A DNA stretch of 64,000 nucleotides, from NCBI GenBank assembly GCA_001662655.1, contig KV460277.1, one strand, 5' to 3'. Source of the stretch: Pseudogymnoascus verrucosus. Lineage: Eukaryota. Positions 22,787-35,913 of this stretch are shown piece by piece. Numbering within the stretch: the first letter of the stretch is position 1; the number at the start of each line of letters is the position of its first letter. The translations under genes were made by a program, and so were the position numbers. Below the pieces are notes generated by a model. It did no database searches. It was not told the origin of the DNA and worked only from the letters and a program-made list of their open reading frames with translations.

Positions 22787-24756
22787 ATGGATGCCCTACC
22801 AGATGAGATTATTGTTTACCTGTTTTCTTGTAAGTGAAGCCAGCTTGCCGTGTGTTTCGCAACTAACAAGGCCACAAAGTCCTCACACCACCCGAGATCA
22901 CCACAACCCAGCTTGTGTGTCGCCGCTTCCTTAGAATCGGGCGTGATGACAATTTATGGCGCGACGAGTGCTTCGAAATTTCAAGATACTTGGTGAATCT
23001 TCGACGGAGAAATCGAGCAAAGCCGATACCAACCGTTTCCGCCGGCGAGCCTCGTTCTGGAGATGTGCTGGGAGCTGAAACGGAAGACCAACTTGGGCAA
23101 CGCTCTGTGACATCAGTGGCTCGCCATGAGCAACATAACAGCAATCAAAGGGCAACCGAGAGAATACGCGTGATGGCTAACTGGGACCCCTCGTACCAAG
23201 CAGAGAAAGTAGACTGGTATACGGAGTTCATCCATCGGACGGCACCGATCTGCACCAAGTGGTTCCAAAAACCTTTGAAACAGGGCGGCGGTAGGACAGA
23301 ATCGCCACTGGAGGTTCGCGGTATTGGGGCGTATTATCTTCCTGGGAGCGAAGATATGGGAATGGCCATTGCCCCGCTAGAAGACGGCAGTGTTTGCCTC
23401 TGGGATGTTAAAGGCAGCATTATAGGTCGAAGTGGGGAAGGATCCTTGAGTGGTGTTGAGCACAACCGTGCTTTGGGGCAAGGCAATGCTACCTGCGGAA
23501 TTATAGATGGGATCAGCATTAACAGCGACATAAACAGGGCGTTCATTGCGGTTGAGAAAGGTGGGTGCCTCCGTATGAGAGGATTCGGACACGCCAAGTG
23601 TAGCTAACGAATCATAGATGTTATGGAGGTGGACTTACAGACACTCCGAACAGTAAGCCAGACACGCTATCCATCATCTATATCAGCCATGTCTGAAGCT
23701 CGAGGCTCAACGCCAATAACTATCGGAACAAATGACGACTTTCATCTGTACGATCATCGCATCCACAAAACAAGCCCTTTAGGAAATTCCGAGCTAGAGC
23801 GGCTTGAAGGAAGCCAGAATGATGCCCCAGCATTTCGTAGAGCGCCCAAGTTACAAGGGGATTACAGTATTCGACGATCATTCGCGAAGCCGGTGGCATT
23901 GTCGATTCTCCATATGCTCAACTACGGTGAGGATACGGCTAGTGACATTTTCGTTGCTGGTCGATTTACTAGTATCATGAACTATGACAGAAGGTTTCTT
24001 TCTAAACCTCGAACCGTCATACACTCAGGGGCGAGGCTTTCTTCCTTGGCGTATATTCCATACTCATTTTCAAAAGACGCAGCTGCCAGCATGCGGTATT
24101 CTGAGTTGTCTGTTGGCGAGGTGCGCTCAGTAAAATCAACTCCAGGAAACACCCTCATAGCATGTGGCGAATATGGGGGCAGAGGCTCATTGGACCTTTA
24201 TGGGCTTTCAGAGTTGCCCAGTGACTCTACTACAGTCGGTACGGGGCGGACTCTACAATCTGCATTCAAGAACAGACTGACTTCATCAACCTCTATGATT
24301 TTATCAGTGATCCCGCATGGGTCTCGCCTCGTTTTTTCTGACGGGAATGGTAACCTGAAATGGGTCGAGCGGGATGGTCTCACCGAGGTGCGTCAGTGGA
24401 ATATTTCCCACGAGATTCCGGATAATAGGCCCAGAGGGATATTTGGAACTGTGGACAACGAATATGAGAATTCAGTGGATATCGCCCGCAAGCTGTTGCC
24501 AACGAGGAAGCATGGGGCTCCGGCAGCTATTAACATGGATAACCTTATATTATGGAATGGGGAGAAGATTGGGCTGGTCCAGTTCTCAAACAAACAGCAC
24601 AGCGGGGCTGTAGACTTTGAAGAGGTGGCGAAGTCTCTTGAAGAGCGCCATCATGAAGATTCTGAGAGAGCCTATAGAGAGTTGACCCGCAGGGCGCTGG
24701 AAGCCCAGGCTGACGAAGTGAGACTGATGAGAGGCCTCGGATTGTCCGGCCCCTAG
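22787..24756 (+). CDS. F-box protein with probable beta-propeller-like C-terminal region
   Basis: MDALPDEIIVYLFS..LTPPEITTTQLVCRRFLRIGRDDNLW is F-box-like. Two introns (~22830-22879, ~23561-23618) link ORFs 22915..23607 and 23623..24756. Confidence 0.8.
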
Positions 24757-25959
24757 TCTTACTCCATACTCTATTACCGACAGGATATAGTTTCCTGGGT
24801 GATACTGTATTGGCCAGTTGTTTCACGTTGCTGCCACCGCAGGCAGGATCTACAAATCAGCCTACAAAAGGCATGGTTAGCTGTACTATCTCATGGCAGC
24901 TGCTGGCTGGAGGAAGTTTGTGGCGCTTATAAACCCCTGTGGTAATAGGTCACGAACATTGCGTACATATGGTCTTGGTGTTGTGGCCTATGCATCTCAG
25001 CTGGTCACGCCGCCAACTTACTTGCCCTTCCAGCTTGCCGCTATCCTTTCAAGGCTCCCTATCAGAACACTGGTCTCTCAAACGCAGGCCACCTGTAACG
25101 TCCAAACTTGCAGTGGGCTGTACTTAAAGTCCTCAAGCAACGCCAGCAAGGTAAGACCAAATGAAGCGGTCCTAGTGATCCTATCGTGGGGGTGGGTTCG
25201 GCCTTTGCGAGCAAGCCAGGAGCCTTGGCAGCCAATCTCCAGTGGTCTATATAGCCATCGAAGACAGAATATCACCTTTCATGTACTTCTCGCGTACAAA
25301 TATGCATCAGTAAGACTTTTGGGTGCCAAACACGGATGGTCTTGCAGGGAGTTCGCCATAGGGGGCGGTCACGGAAGGGGCGGTAAACGGGTTGACATTG
25401 AGCGGTGAGAATAAAGAACATCTCCACATTGTTATCGGATTTTCAATACATTATTGCTTCATTAAATTGTTAATTTCACGGGCAGCGATTAGAGTCGCTA
25501 GAGATCTCGCGCATTGTTGCCCAGGTATACAGAAGATTTATATTCCTAGCCAAAGCTTGGAATTGATGAATTGACACTCGCTCGGCACTCAACAATTGAG
25601 ACTAACTTCGTCATCAATGCCGATCACCCTGAGAATTGCACAAATGTGTACCTTTTCAATAAGTGCACGACGGCGCCTCATCTATGCTTATTGGAGGTAC
25701 TAAACAGCCTCGCGATCCAACATGTCTATTTTGGTGGCTTCGGGCTATTTACTGTTACCACACAGCTGTCTGTGCTGGTGGCCCACCTCGCTAGGGTCGA
25801 CATCGACCGCCTCACTTTTATACCCTTTCAACAAAGGCAACCCGCCCGGACCCCTGCAGTGGTCCCAACTATATTACATGTCTACTCTTTCAACCAGAAA
25901 AAAAAAGAATATTTTGTCGTTCAGCGTGATGGATTTCAAAACAATTACAAGTAGGAAGC

Positions 25960-27084
25960 ATGTATCGAAATGGCAGCTGTGCTGTTGATGCTGTGCCTCG
26001 AGATGGCTTCCAAAACTACCCCCGACCGACGGATTACCACGGTCGAGAACGCAGATACACTACACCGTACTACCGCCAATCCACACGTTTTGATTCCGTA
26101 ACGACTGATAATCGGTCAAAACACAAAAACACCAAACGCCGCCTCCAAGCTGCTTATTCCATAGAGGGCAAACGCCGTCTCCAAGCCGCCGAGTCCATAG
26201 AGAGCAAACGCAGCCTCCATTATTCTGTTGAGGGCTTGGACGTTGCATGCCCTCGGCTTCAGAACCCCGCCTCATCGCTTGGCCCAGATGCCGGATGGAT
26301 GACTGATGAAGAGGCCAGTCGGAGGGTGGAGAGGTGCTTCAAGAAGAGGCAGAATCACGTCCAGGGACGGATCTTGCGGAAGCTACTAAATTGCGAGCTG
26401 GCACTCGAGCAGGAATCGCTAGACCGCATCCGCTTCGCTGCGGACTACGTTCTCTTCGACGGCATGCTCCGCGGAAAAGTCAAGTGGAGGTGGTCGAAGG
26501 AAGGCGATGAAGGGTACGAGAACGAGCTACTAGGCTCGACGACGCCGCAGTATTCACCGGAGACGGGCATCGAGGCCCGGATTGTGCTGTCACGGCCTCT
26601 CCTGCTGTCCGGTAGGTACAGCCAGGACCTGCTCCTCTCGACCTTCCTCCACGAGATGGTGCACTGCTACCTCTTCATCTGCTGCGGCGATCAGGCACAG
26701 AAGGACGGCGGGCACACTCCTGGATTCCAACAGATTGTGCAGCTCATCAACGGCTGGACCGGGAACTCGCGCCTGCGCCTCTGCAGCATGAAGGCGGACC
26801 TGGACCACTTCACGGTCGGGTCGGAGGACTTGTCCCGCTGTCCTGTGGCGGAGGATATCGCCTACGAGCCGTCGTCTACCAGCCAGTATGTGGACTTCGG
26901 CGACTGCACCTTTGTGTGCGGTTCGGGCCAACATACGTTATCGCTAGGAAATGGAGATTCGCTGCTGGGGTTTGAGGAGATTCACAGGAACGTCTCACTG
27001 CCCCCATTGGCATATGTTAGCATGCAAGAGCGGATGATGCAGGCGCTGGGTGGATCGGTTAGCATGCCTATCCTCGTTGAATGA
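25960..27084 (+). CDS. Second SprT-like zinc metalloprotease (HExxH)
   Basis: DYVLFDGMLRGKVKWRW..IVLSRPLL..LLSTFLHEMVHCYLFICCG..GGHTPGF. 374 aa, intronless; start codon uncertain. Confidence 0.8.
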   Translation: MYRNGSCAVDAVPRDGFQNYPRPTDYHGRERRYTTPYYRQSTRFDSVTTDNRSKHKNTKRRLQAAYSIEGKRRLQAAESIESKRSLHYSVEGLDVACPRLQNPASSLGPDAGWMTDEEASRRVERCFKKRQNHVQGRILRKLLNCELALEQESLDRIRFAADYVLFDGMLRGKVKWRWSKEGDEGYENELLGSTTPQYSPETGIEARIVLSRPLLLSGRYSQDLLLSTFLHEMVHCYLFICCGDQAQKDGGHTPGFQQIVQLINGWTGNSRLRLCSMKADLDHFTVGSEDLSRCPVAEDIAYEPSSTSQYVDFGDCTFVCGSGQHTLSLGNGDSLLGFEEIHRNVSLPPLAYVSMQERMMQALGGSVSMPILVE

Positions 27085-27735
27085 GTAGTGCTCTTGTCCG
27101 CGTTAAAAATCCTTTTGTTCTCGTTGTCGTACTATTATTTTACTTTCAGTGTGTTGAGCGCGATTTGGCGGCATATTATAAGGCGTTTTATATCTATAAA
27201 GGGTTTAGACTTTCGAGTTTTTTTAGCATACAATACCAGAAGCCATGATATCCTTGGCTTTGATCCATGTACCATTCAATGTGAACCAATCCATTTCGCG
27301 GGGCGGCAGTGTTGTGCAACCGTTTCATTTTTGTTGGACAGTTCTGAAGCGGACCCCAGGCTATTCTAACCACGCTTCCTCCACTCTCATTGGAAATGCT
27401 ATCAACTATGGGACAGGTATTACAACAAGATTTTCATATCTGGCACAACCTTGGAAAAAGTTGTGGCACATCGTTGTGCTGTGTACATTTTGATTCTGAG
27501 GTAACCCGTTAAAAATTGGAACTTGACTCCGACTCCAGGTGCTTGACATACCATTATTCAGCTGCTCTGTACGCCGACATGTCCCCAGTACAGACACATC
27601 GGCTCTATAGTAACTTTTCCCCACATTGGAATACCGTGAGACCCGACTTAGGCCCCCACGATAAATTCCCAGCCACCAAACCGGGGCTCCAAGCCTTGCC
27701 AGTTGGGTTGAACTTCCACGCGCCGCTCAAGACCT

Positions 27736-28351
27736 TCATTCCGCCATCTCCTCCTCGCGGTTCCTCTCCGGGCTCCTCGATCGTGACCTCGCCCTCCCCT
27801 TTGCAGCCGGAGCTCTCCCACCCTTCTTCGGTGGCGGCCGCACAAAGACGAAATCGACTGTCACGGTTTGATCCAGGAGTTTCGTGCCGTTCGCGCCATT
27901 AACTGCTGCGCGCGCCTCATCGAGTGTTGGGTACTCAATCAGTGCGTATCCCTATTCCTCACATTAGCCTTCCCATCCCAAGAACTGTCCCCCACTGAGG
28001 CTCATCCATCCCCCCGTAAGGCATTTTCTTGTGTCCCTCAACCCCCCCCCCCCCCCGGGGGGCTCACAGCACCACGCGACGTACCTTGACATAACCCGTC
28101 CTCCGGTCCAAATTCAGGTGCAGATTCTTGATCTCTCCAAAATCGGCAAACTTGTCCGTGATATCCTCCTCGTTGGCCTCCTCATGCACATTCGACACGA
28201 TGATGATCCAGCCCTCGATGGAGCGCACGGCCGTGGCGTTGGTGAGCGTCTGCATGGATGCGTTCTTTGGCTCCTCGGAGGAGGCAGCGGCGGTATCGGT
28301 GACGGGCGCATCGGCGACCTCGACGTCTACGTCCATTGCTGTGTCGGCCAT
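27736..28351 (-). CDS. RBM8A: Exon junction complex RNA-binding protein Y14/RBM8A
   Basis: [63 protein letters not shown] with an RS tail. Intron at ~27952-28084. Confidence 0.93.
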
Positions 28352-30257
28352 TTTTGCTGGGGGTTGTGGAGTAATTGGCCTGTTGGTTTGTTGGTTGGTT
28401 TGTGGAGTTGCAAGTGGGATGGATGCGGCGGTTTGGGAAGTTTTGACAGCCTTGGTGTTGGGTGAGGCTAAAGGTGGTCCAAGCTTGCCCCATGCGCTAA
28501 GAGACTGGGCGGGAGGCCAGACGTTGGGGGAGTACGACGGTAGGTAGACGGGTCACCACTCGTTCGGGATTCTCAAAATAATATATTTTGAGGATATAAT
28601 ATCTTGGATTGTCTACAAACGGGTTAATTTTGCAATCTCACTTGCAGTGTTTACTCTGCCGGGCTTGGCGCCCTCCTAATCAGACAATGTGCATGCACAG
28701 GCTTACACCACTGATTTCGAGGTCTGTATAACGTCAGGCTCCCTCATTTTACCGTGTTTCTCCGCCATCCCTCTTCTCTAAACATTCTTGCGGTGCTTAA
28801 CCCTCTCCTCTCTCTGACTATATAATGCTACCTGACAAGCCTTATACTATTGGGCAGGTGGTGGAAGAGGGGAGAAGTGGGAATTTGAGGTTGTAGGGGA
28901 CAGTTAGGCGGCAGCTTTTGGGGTTTATATTGGCGCCGAGGTCAATAAATCCTTTAGCTCTATTGTTTCTGTTTAGGAAAAGAGTTCACATGACCCTTTC
29001 TTAATGAGCTTTGCTACTTAACTATATAACAGGTCGTGTTGTTGTTGAGCTGACATTTCCATTCCTGTGCAACAATAGTGCAGATCCCTAAAAATGGTAT
29101 CAAACTACAATTATAGTTATGTTTCCAACTACAGCTACGCCGATACCGTCCCTTTTGAGTGCAGATCATTAATCAACCAACCCGTCCGTCTCCTTACCAG
29201 AACCAACTTCTTTATCCCTTCGTAACTAACATACGCAGGGCACACCTCCTTTCGACCTATCCTGCTCCGCATCTCTCTACAGCCCCAGGCAGAACCACAA
29301 TGCCACATTCCAGGAATGCTGCGAAGGCATCGGTAGCAAAGTCTCCACCTTTGCCGTCCCCGACAGGGACGGCGTACGCCCTTGCTACCAATACTGCCAA
29401 GCCAGCGACATTGATGCACAGATTGCATTGTTCAGATGCCTAAAATTAGGCTTCATTACCCGTACATGCCCTGGGAAGTATGATCGATTTGGGCTTTTGA
29501 TTGCTGCGGCTCCAGCGAAGAGCTTGTCTACAGGTGGATTGTTGGTTGCAGGGCTGGCATTAGTAGGGATGCTACATGTGTGGGTGTAGGAGAGCGATGT
29601 GACACGAATGGGGATTCGAAATGTTGATTAATTAGTGATACATGGTGGTCGCGGGGTGCAGTTGGTCCAAATCTAGAGTAATCAAGACGACCGCTTTATT
29701 TCCAACATACTCAAGTGCCAAAGTATTGTTAATACGTGATCTAGCGGATGATAGTTTCCAGTCCGAATGGCCACTCCCTTCAACAGGGGTGGCATAAAGC
29801 TGCATCGAAAGCTGCTAGACATCAGGAGCCCAAACACCACCACGTAGACTAAAATGTAATGTTATTGTTTGCTTCGGGGAATTGGTATCATAAAAAGAAA
29901 TACATGAGAAATTCTTAAATTTAAATGCTATATTTTAAGAATTTCTTAGGAATTTAAGTTTCTGTATTAATTATCAGCAGTAAAATCTCTGAAACCAAAA
30001 CCGAAATTAAATTATTTTATAAGGTCCTGCCAGGAACCCCTCAGGGGCTATCCTCCGAATCCCCAAAATGACATTATAAGCCCGGAGCAGCAGGTCCCTA
30101 AAATAGCTCATTCACCACTGTCTGTTCTGGAAGCCTTCTACCTGCGTCGAGACCATTGGATTTCATTTATAAGTCCTACATATTGTATACAACCCCTCTT
30201 AATTATACACAGAGCCTCCCAAACATACTTTACATTCCCATTCGATTATAGGTCGTA

Positions 30258-31695
30258 TCAAACTACTTCCTTCACCTCCATCTTCGCGCCATTTCTCTCC
30301 AGGCTCTCCAAAAATGTCTTGCCCATCATAGATGTTGTCAGAACACCACCCTTCAGTCGAGCTTGTATACTAGTATCTCGTGAAAGTAGTAGAGCAGCCT
30401 CTCCAAGACAGACCCCAGTAAACGTATACGGGTCGATACCAACCGTCAGATTCGCAATCACCTGTTGTCCCTTCGTATTATCCGCAATAGCAGACGTGCG
30501 AACAACGAACGAGCATTTCTCCCGGAAGCCCAAGCTTGGTCCATCACCCTGCTTAAACGCCACCTTCTTAATCAACAACCGGAACGGCGGAATGCAAAAG
30601 AGAAACATGGCAGTCAACATAGTGAAGTGCCAGATAACAGCACTCACCGGACCTGGCACCCGCATCCAGGCATGGTAATCGAAGTTTTCACCGTAGGTCT
30701 CTGTTTCGCTATCCGCAGCTAGGCCCCAGCTTCGGTTGATGTAGCATTTATCAACAAGGCCCTGGGGGTTGACTCCCATCCAACCCAGCCGGGGCATCTT
30801 GCGGAGACCGAAGATTTGAGACAAGAGAGAGAGTTTCTTTTGAGGATGGCTCCGTTTGGGGTGTCTTGGTGAGAGAGAGAATGGTGCTAGTAGCTTAAGG
30901 AGCTGTGAGAGGGAGTATTGGTCAAACATGCGTATGGCGGAATTCACAGTGCCGCCGCTGATGCCGCCTTTTATCTCATGGACTGAGTAGTCCACCCTGG
31001 CAGTGGGTGAGGACAACTTGGTACGGATGTAATTAACCACGGTGAAGGCTGATATATCTGCGGGGACAGAGTCAAAGCCGCATGATGGAATTATCTTGTG
31101 GCGTATTAGCTAGAGGTATATGCCTGATTAGGGATTGTAGGCTTACAATGGCACCTGTCTTCTGTGCAGTTTCATGATACTTCTTTATCATATCAAGTAT
31201 CCACGGGGTCTCTCCAGTGCTAAACAAAATAGAGTTAGTAATTACAGAAATTAGTAATAACAGAAATGCAGTCTTAGTTGTAACATACCAATCCAAATAA
31301 TGAGTCCCATTTTTAGCACAAGCGGCCAACATGGGCTCTCCAAAGTCCTGATATGGACCAACAGTCGCAATTATCACTTTAGTTTTCCGTGCCAACAGCT
31401 CAAGCTGGTCGGCTTCAAGTCCGCATACTTCAATTGCTATAGGTACAAATTAGAATTTTAATCGAACTATAATTAACAACACATGGCAGTAGAACATACC
31501 TGGTAGAGCCCTTGAGCTGTCTTTTGACTGAAGTTCTTTTCGTAAAGCCTCGAGCTTAGCATGTGAACGACCTGCGATTGCCCACCGTAGATCACTAGGT
31601 AGCTTAGCATGAATGTGCTCTGCGCATAGCTTTCCAGTGTATCCAGTGGCGCCAAACAGCACAACCTCATATTGAGGTGACTGTTCCGTCGTCAT
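30258..31695 (-). CDS. Saccharopine dehydrogenase-like NAD(P)-binding oxidoreductase
   Basis: YEVVLFGATGYTGKL..WAIAGRS, VIIATVGPY..GEP..ACAKNGTHYLD..GE, CGFDSVPAD, ISGGT. Three introns join the ORF fragments. Confidence 0.85.
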
Positions 31696-33109
31696 GGTTT
31701 TAGTAGGCCAATTATTTGGCAAGGTAAACAAACCTAAATAGAAGAGAGGCAATTGCTGTAAAAATGTACACTCAATTATTTCCAAGTCACACATAAAGCG
31801 AATAGCATCATTCTTTATATTCCGCTATCAAGTTTCTCCCCTAGCTCACATGAAGTAGGCCGAGGTTGAGCCTCGATCTACGCCAATGCCCCTCATCTCA
31901 AACTAATTTTTCCTCCCGTCGACGGAGACACGGTATCCCAACTACCGACATTAGGTGAACGCCACCTACATATTTCTGAGACACTGCTATGTGCACCAAA
32001 GTGGCGTGGCAGGGCTAAATAAATTGGATGGTATAACACGAGGTTCGGTGGATTCGGATACTTAAAGTTCATCTTTTCGGAGCTGGAGCGGGGGCAATGG
32101 ACAATCTTTAAACCGGCGGGTTGTTAGGGGGCCGACCCAGCCACTTGGCGATGCTAGCTATGTTTCAGTCTTCGACCATAACAAGCGCAACTGTGAACAC
32201 GTAGAACATAGACGCGGGGGACTCATTTCGAGTATTCCGTCTACTTCTACTGGGCAGAATAAATACTTTTACTTCCGTGATCACAAGCCCTTGCTAATCC
32301 GCCTATGTGCAAACTGCCTTACCTCGTAACCCCCGGCAACAGTTTGCCCAAGTTTGCAAATAGGGGGATGGCAGGCGGGGAGGTATGACCAGCTCCGCCC
32401 TTGTCAACCCATTGACGGGTGCGGGGTACCTATTTGGGGGCCAAGAGTGCTGAAGATGCCGAATGAGGGGAACACAATAACGGGAGCAAAGAAAAGTCAA
32501 TAGAGGCAGACAGACAAACGGAGGCGCGGGGCTCAGAAGTACGGTGTCTCAATATCTGCATTTCACCCCCGCCTGGAATACCTATCTAAACTCCCCACCT
32601 AATCAACCCTCCCCTTCTCAACTCCCCATCCCATCAACCAGCGTCGCCGCGCACCGCCGCCCAAACTACACCTAGTCACACCCCCATCCCGTCGTGAACA
32701 TCATATGCATGTTTCTCGTAACACTCCTCTTCTCCCCCACGCAACAAAACAAACGCCGCCTCCATCTCCTCCCCGCCCCGTCATTAAATAACCCCCCCCA
32801 AAGTAAAGCCTGCAAGATAATACCCGCGAGTGCTTTTGTTGATATAGTGCGTTGGACGAGTGTGCTGAAATGTGGTGACCTCGGAGACATGGTGGTACAA
32901 GGTGCACGTAACAGTAGATGAGCTTGCTAGCTAAATAGCGAGATGCGGAAATAAATCAAGGCTCGGGGTTGGTGGAGGGTATATTCTCAAAGCTTTGATG
33001 AGCTGAGCACATGGAACAAACAGACCACATCTTGCGTAGACATGGCCACAGCTACCACTTTTGCGAGCAGCACCATCTGTAGAAATTTTCTGACCAGATT
33101 GAAAGGTTC

Positions 33110-34753
33110 TCATTCTTCATCCGAAGCATCTTCATCCATAGGGCTCCCTTGCGGCTCCTCTCCAGATTTCTTCTCTTTAGGCTTGGCTGTCTTAGTCGTC
33201 GTGGACACTGCAGGTTCCGAGTCCCTCCGTCCAAGCCCGCCCTCAAGCGAGTTTGCCAACGTCGGTGTATTCGCCTGGCTTCCACCACGCTGGCCATGAT
33301 AGTGGACCACCTGCGGCGGAGCCATACCCGCTTGCGTAGTCCCAAGGAGGTGCTGGGGGTACGGATGGAGATCCTTCGACGATGTGCTGAATGTCGAGAC
33401 GATTGGTTGCTGGTACCCATTCCCTACACTGCCGTTTCCGTTGGTAGCCGTAGGTGTCTGGCTGAAGCCCTGCCCATGCTCTGCTTGGGTGGGAGTGCCG
33501 CTATCTGCCCCCCCGCCGGGGCTGAACATTCCGTCAACCTGCCCTGTGAGGCTGCTTAGTCCACCTTGGATATCGCGGAGCAGGCGCACGTATTCCTCAG
33601 GAACAAGGCCGCTTTCGCGAGTCTTCGGGTCTTCCGCCACTAACCACCCTTGACCGTGTCTGTAGGAAACCCAGATAATTTGACCTTCAACAAGGGGAAG
33701 CTCGTTCTCATTCTCGCGCTCAAAGTCAAACAGCGCAACCGCCTTGCCATGCATCTCCTCATCTGGTGACGCAATCGTAAATTGGTAATCTCTGGAGTAG
33801 CGGGATTCATCTCGCGCCCTGCTTGGAGAGGAAGATCTGCTCGACACGTCGGAGTCAGATTGGTAGGTCGGGTTCTGCTGACCCTCGTTGCTATCCGCAT
33901 AAGTGCGACTAGGCAGGAGGCTCCCAGCAAAGTGAGAGTCCCTCCTACTTCCAGTGTTTTCAGTTGGCGCAAGAGAGCCTGGCCATGCTTGACCAGCAGG
34001 AACTGTTACAATTTCACCACCAGGGCCGTTGGCCTCCGAGCCATTGCTCACGTAATATCTCTCGCTCCCGTCGCCATTGCTTCCTGCGTAAAAGCTGCGA
34101 TCCTGACCGAAATTATCTGGGCTGAGCAGGTTGGGGTTGCGCTCCTCGCCTTCTTCCCGGTTCCTTCCTCGCCCGCGACCGCTTCCATGCGAGTGGTTGG
34201 ATGTCTTGTGTTTCTTATGACGAGAGCTGATGACTATCGGGCTCTGGAGATCTTCGTCTTCGCTCCATGGAGGGCCATCTCCAAAGTGTATAGGTGGCAG
34301 CTCTCCGCCTTTGGCCAGCCCGGTGCCAACATGGGATCCTATTTCCCAGCTTCCTCGACTATCCCAAGAGGTAGGCGGATCCGAGAAGCGCTTTGACTCG
34401 CTGGCGGGAGTAGAGGTTCCGGAGGGAGGGTTCGAAGGTTCGGGTAGTGGCCCATAGTGCAGAGGGTGGTGTATTCCATAAGCAAAGTCGCGCACTGTCG
34501 TATATGGCAGGCTTGAATGGAAGGCTGGGAATATGTGAGATGGAGGCCGTGACCTTGATGGCCGATCCGAGGTTATGGAGTATTGTGAAAGCCTATTCTT
34601 CGACGCATGGGAAAGTGGTCGTTGTAGGTTGGAACGCCGCGCCGGAGGCGACGTGACTAAAGGTGGTAGTGGTGGATGGCTTGTATTCGGCGACAATGAT
34701 GCTGGCGCTGGAGAAGCCGACGGCGACGAGGTCGTCGACATGACTTCAGTCAT
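33110..34753 (-). CDS. NBP2: SH3-domain protein, Nbp2-like (HOG pathway adaptor)
   Basis: GKAVALFDFERENENELPLVEGQIIWVSYRHGQGWLVAED..GLVPEEYV resembles the Nbp2 SH3 domain. First ATG of the ORF is at 34753. Confidence 0.8.
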   Translation of the reverse strand: MTEVMSTTSSPSASPAPASLSPNTSHPPLPPLVTSPPARRSNLQRPLSHASKNRLSQYSITSDRPSRSRPPSHIFPAFHSSLPYTTVRDFAYGIHHPLHYGPLPEPSNPPSGTSTPASESKRFSDPPTSWDSRGSWEIGSHVGTGLAKGGELPPIHFGDGPPWSEDEDLQSPIVISSRHKKHKTSNHSHGSGRGRGRNREEGEERNPNLLSPDNFGQDRSFYAGSNGDGSERYYVSNGSEANGPGGEIVTVPAGQAWPGSLAPTENTGSRRDSHFAGSLLPSRTYADSNEGQQNPTYQSDSDVSSRSSSPSRARDESRYSRDYQFTIASPDEEMHGKAVALFDFERENENELPLVEGQIIWVSYRHGQGWLVAEDPKTRESGLVPEEYVRLLRDIQGGLSSLTGQVDGMFSPGGGADSGTPTQAEHGQGFSQTPTATNGNGSVGNGYQQPIVSTFSTSSKDLHPYPQHLLGTTQAGMAPPQVVHYHGQRGGSQANTPTLANSLEGGLGRRDSEPAVSTTTKTAKPKEKKSGEEPQGSPMDEDASDEE

Positions 34754-35829
34754 TGTCCCAGATTTATCGCCAGCAGCAGCGAGTTTGCTCCTCAAGGCTG
34801 AGATCAGGGTCTCAGAGTGTCTGGTTCAGGCCAATCCACACCCGGCAGCAAGCCACTCGGTATTCTAAACTTCGCGTGCGCAGTCTTATGCTGGTGTCGG
34901 AGAGAGGATGCGAATGTCGCGGCGACGACGCAAGGGAAAGGATCGAGGGTATATGGCAACTTTAATAATCGCGCCTGAACGGGGCGCTAACAAGAGTAGT
35001 CGCTGGGGCGAAGCGCCGAAAGATTAATATGCGCCCTCTTCAACGCGCCCTCTTGAGGGGGAGAAGGCCAGCCAGTGGGCTTTGAGGGTAGTAGTAGTAG
35101 TAGTAATAGTAGATAAGAAGTTGTGTGTGTACTGAAGTAAAAGTTTGAAGGTACTGTATGATGTATGTTGGCGCTGTATGGCACTGTATGGCACTGTACT
35201 TCCTTCGAGTACCCCTCACTAAGACAGGCCGTGAGAGGGCCTTATTTCGCTATCGCTCGTATTTGGAGAGGCGATCTTCTTGATCGTAAGTAGAGAGTCA
35301 CCAGTCACCATAGGTTAATCACCAAAGCTATGGATCGCGATTAACCACGTGACTATATATGGGGGATGTTTCTTGTTTGGAAGACAAGAAAATGAAGCTT
35401 CCTGGCCTTTATTTTGGGGGGTGGGCGGGCGTTTATTTTGTGGTATTTTTGCCGTTGGGTGCGGGTTTTGGAATGAGATTTGAACTTTCGAGACTCGGAC
35501 AGAACATGGGCGCACGAAGCTATTCTTAGACGTTTCATGTTCTTCTTCCAATCGCCATCGAGCCATGTTTTGGGCGGTAGGTGGTGGCTATTGACGGAAG
35601 AGGACTAGCGTGTTAAGTGGGAAATGCTGTGTTCTTCTGCTTGCTTAACCCTTCTCCATGGAAAACCCAACAATCACCAAAAACATCAAAATACCATCAC
35701 CACCTTCAAAACACTGACATTCACCGCCCTCAGTCTTCCACGCATATCTTGGGACTGTTGCACACTTTGGTAAGCCGTCTCTGTCTCTGCTGCTGTGTAT
35801 CTTCACAATCTATCCTCCCCTCTCCCTCT

Positions 35830-35913
35830 GCTTCCTGATGATCACTTATTGGAGCTGTCTTATCTTCATGATGACACAACTTTTTAATTAATATACAACT
35901 TTTGACTGAAAGC
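35830..35913 (+). ncRNA. Box C/D snoRNA in the SSU72 5'UTR intron, with an 11-nt guide to 18S rRNA
   Basis: Box C cTGATGA (35835-35841), guide TATTGGAGCTG (35847-35857) antisense to 18S CAGCTCCAATA, D' CTTA (35859-35862), C' ATGATGA (35868-35874), D CTGA (35906-35909), terminal stem GCTT/AAGC. Host intron GTAAGC 35770 to CAG 35983 with a GCTAAC branch site. Confidence 0.75.

Noticed and set aside
28042..28062. C15-G6 run in the RBM8A intron
   Set aside because: Homopolymer with no evidence of function; its length may be an assembly artefact.
29135..29600. Possible small Cys-containing protein or gene remnant on the minus strand
   Set aside because: I could not build a consistent start and splice model or recognise a family.
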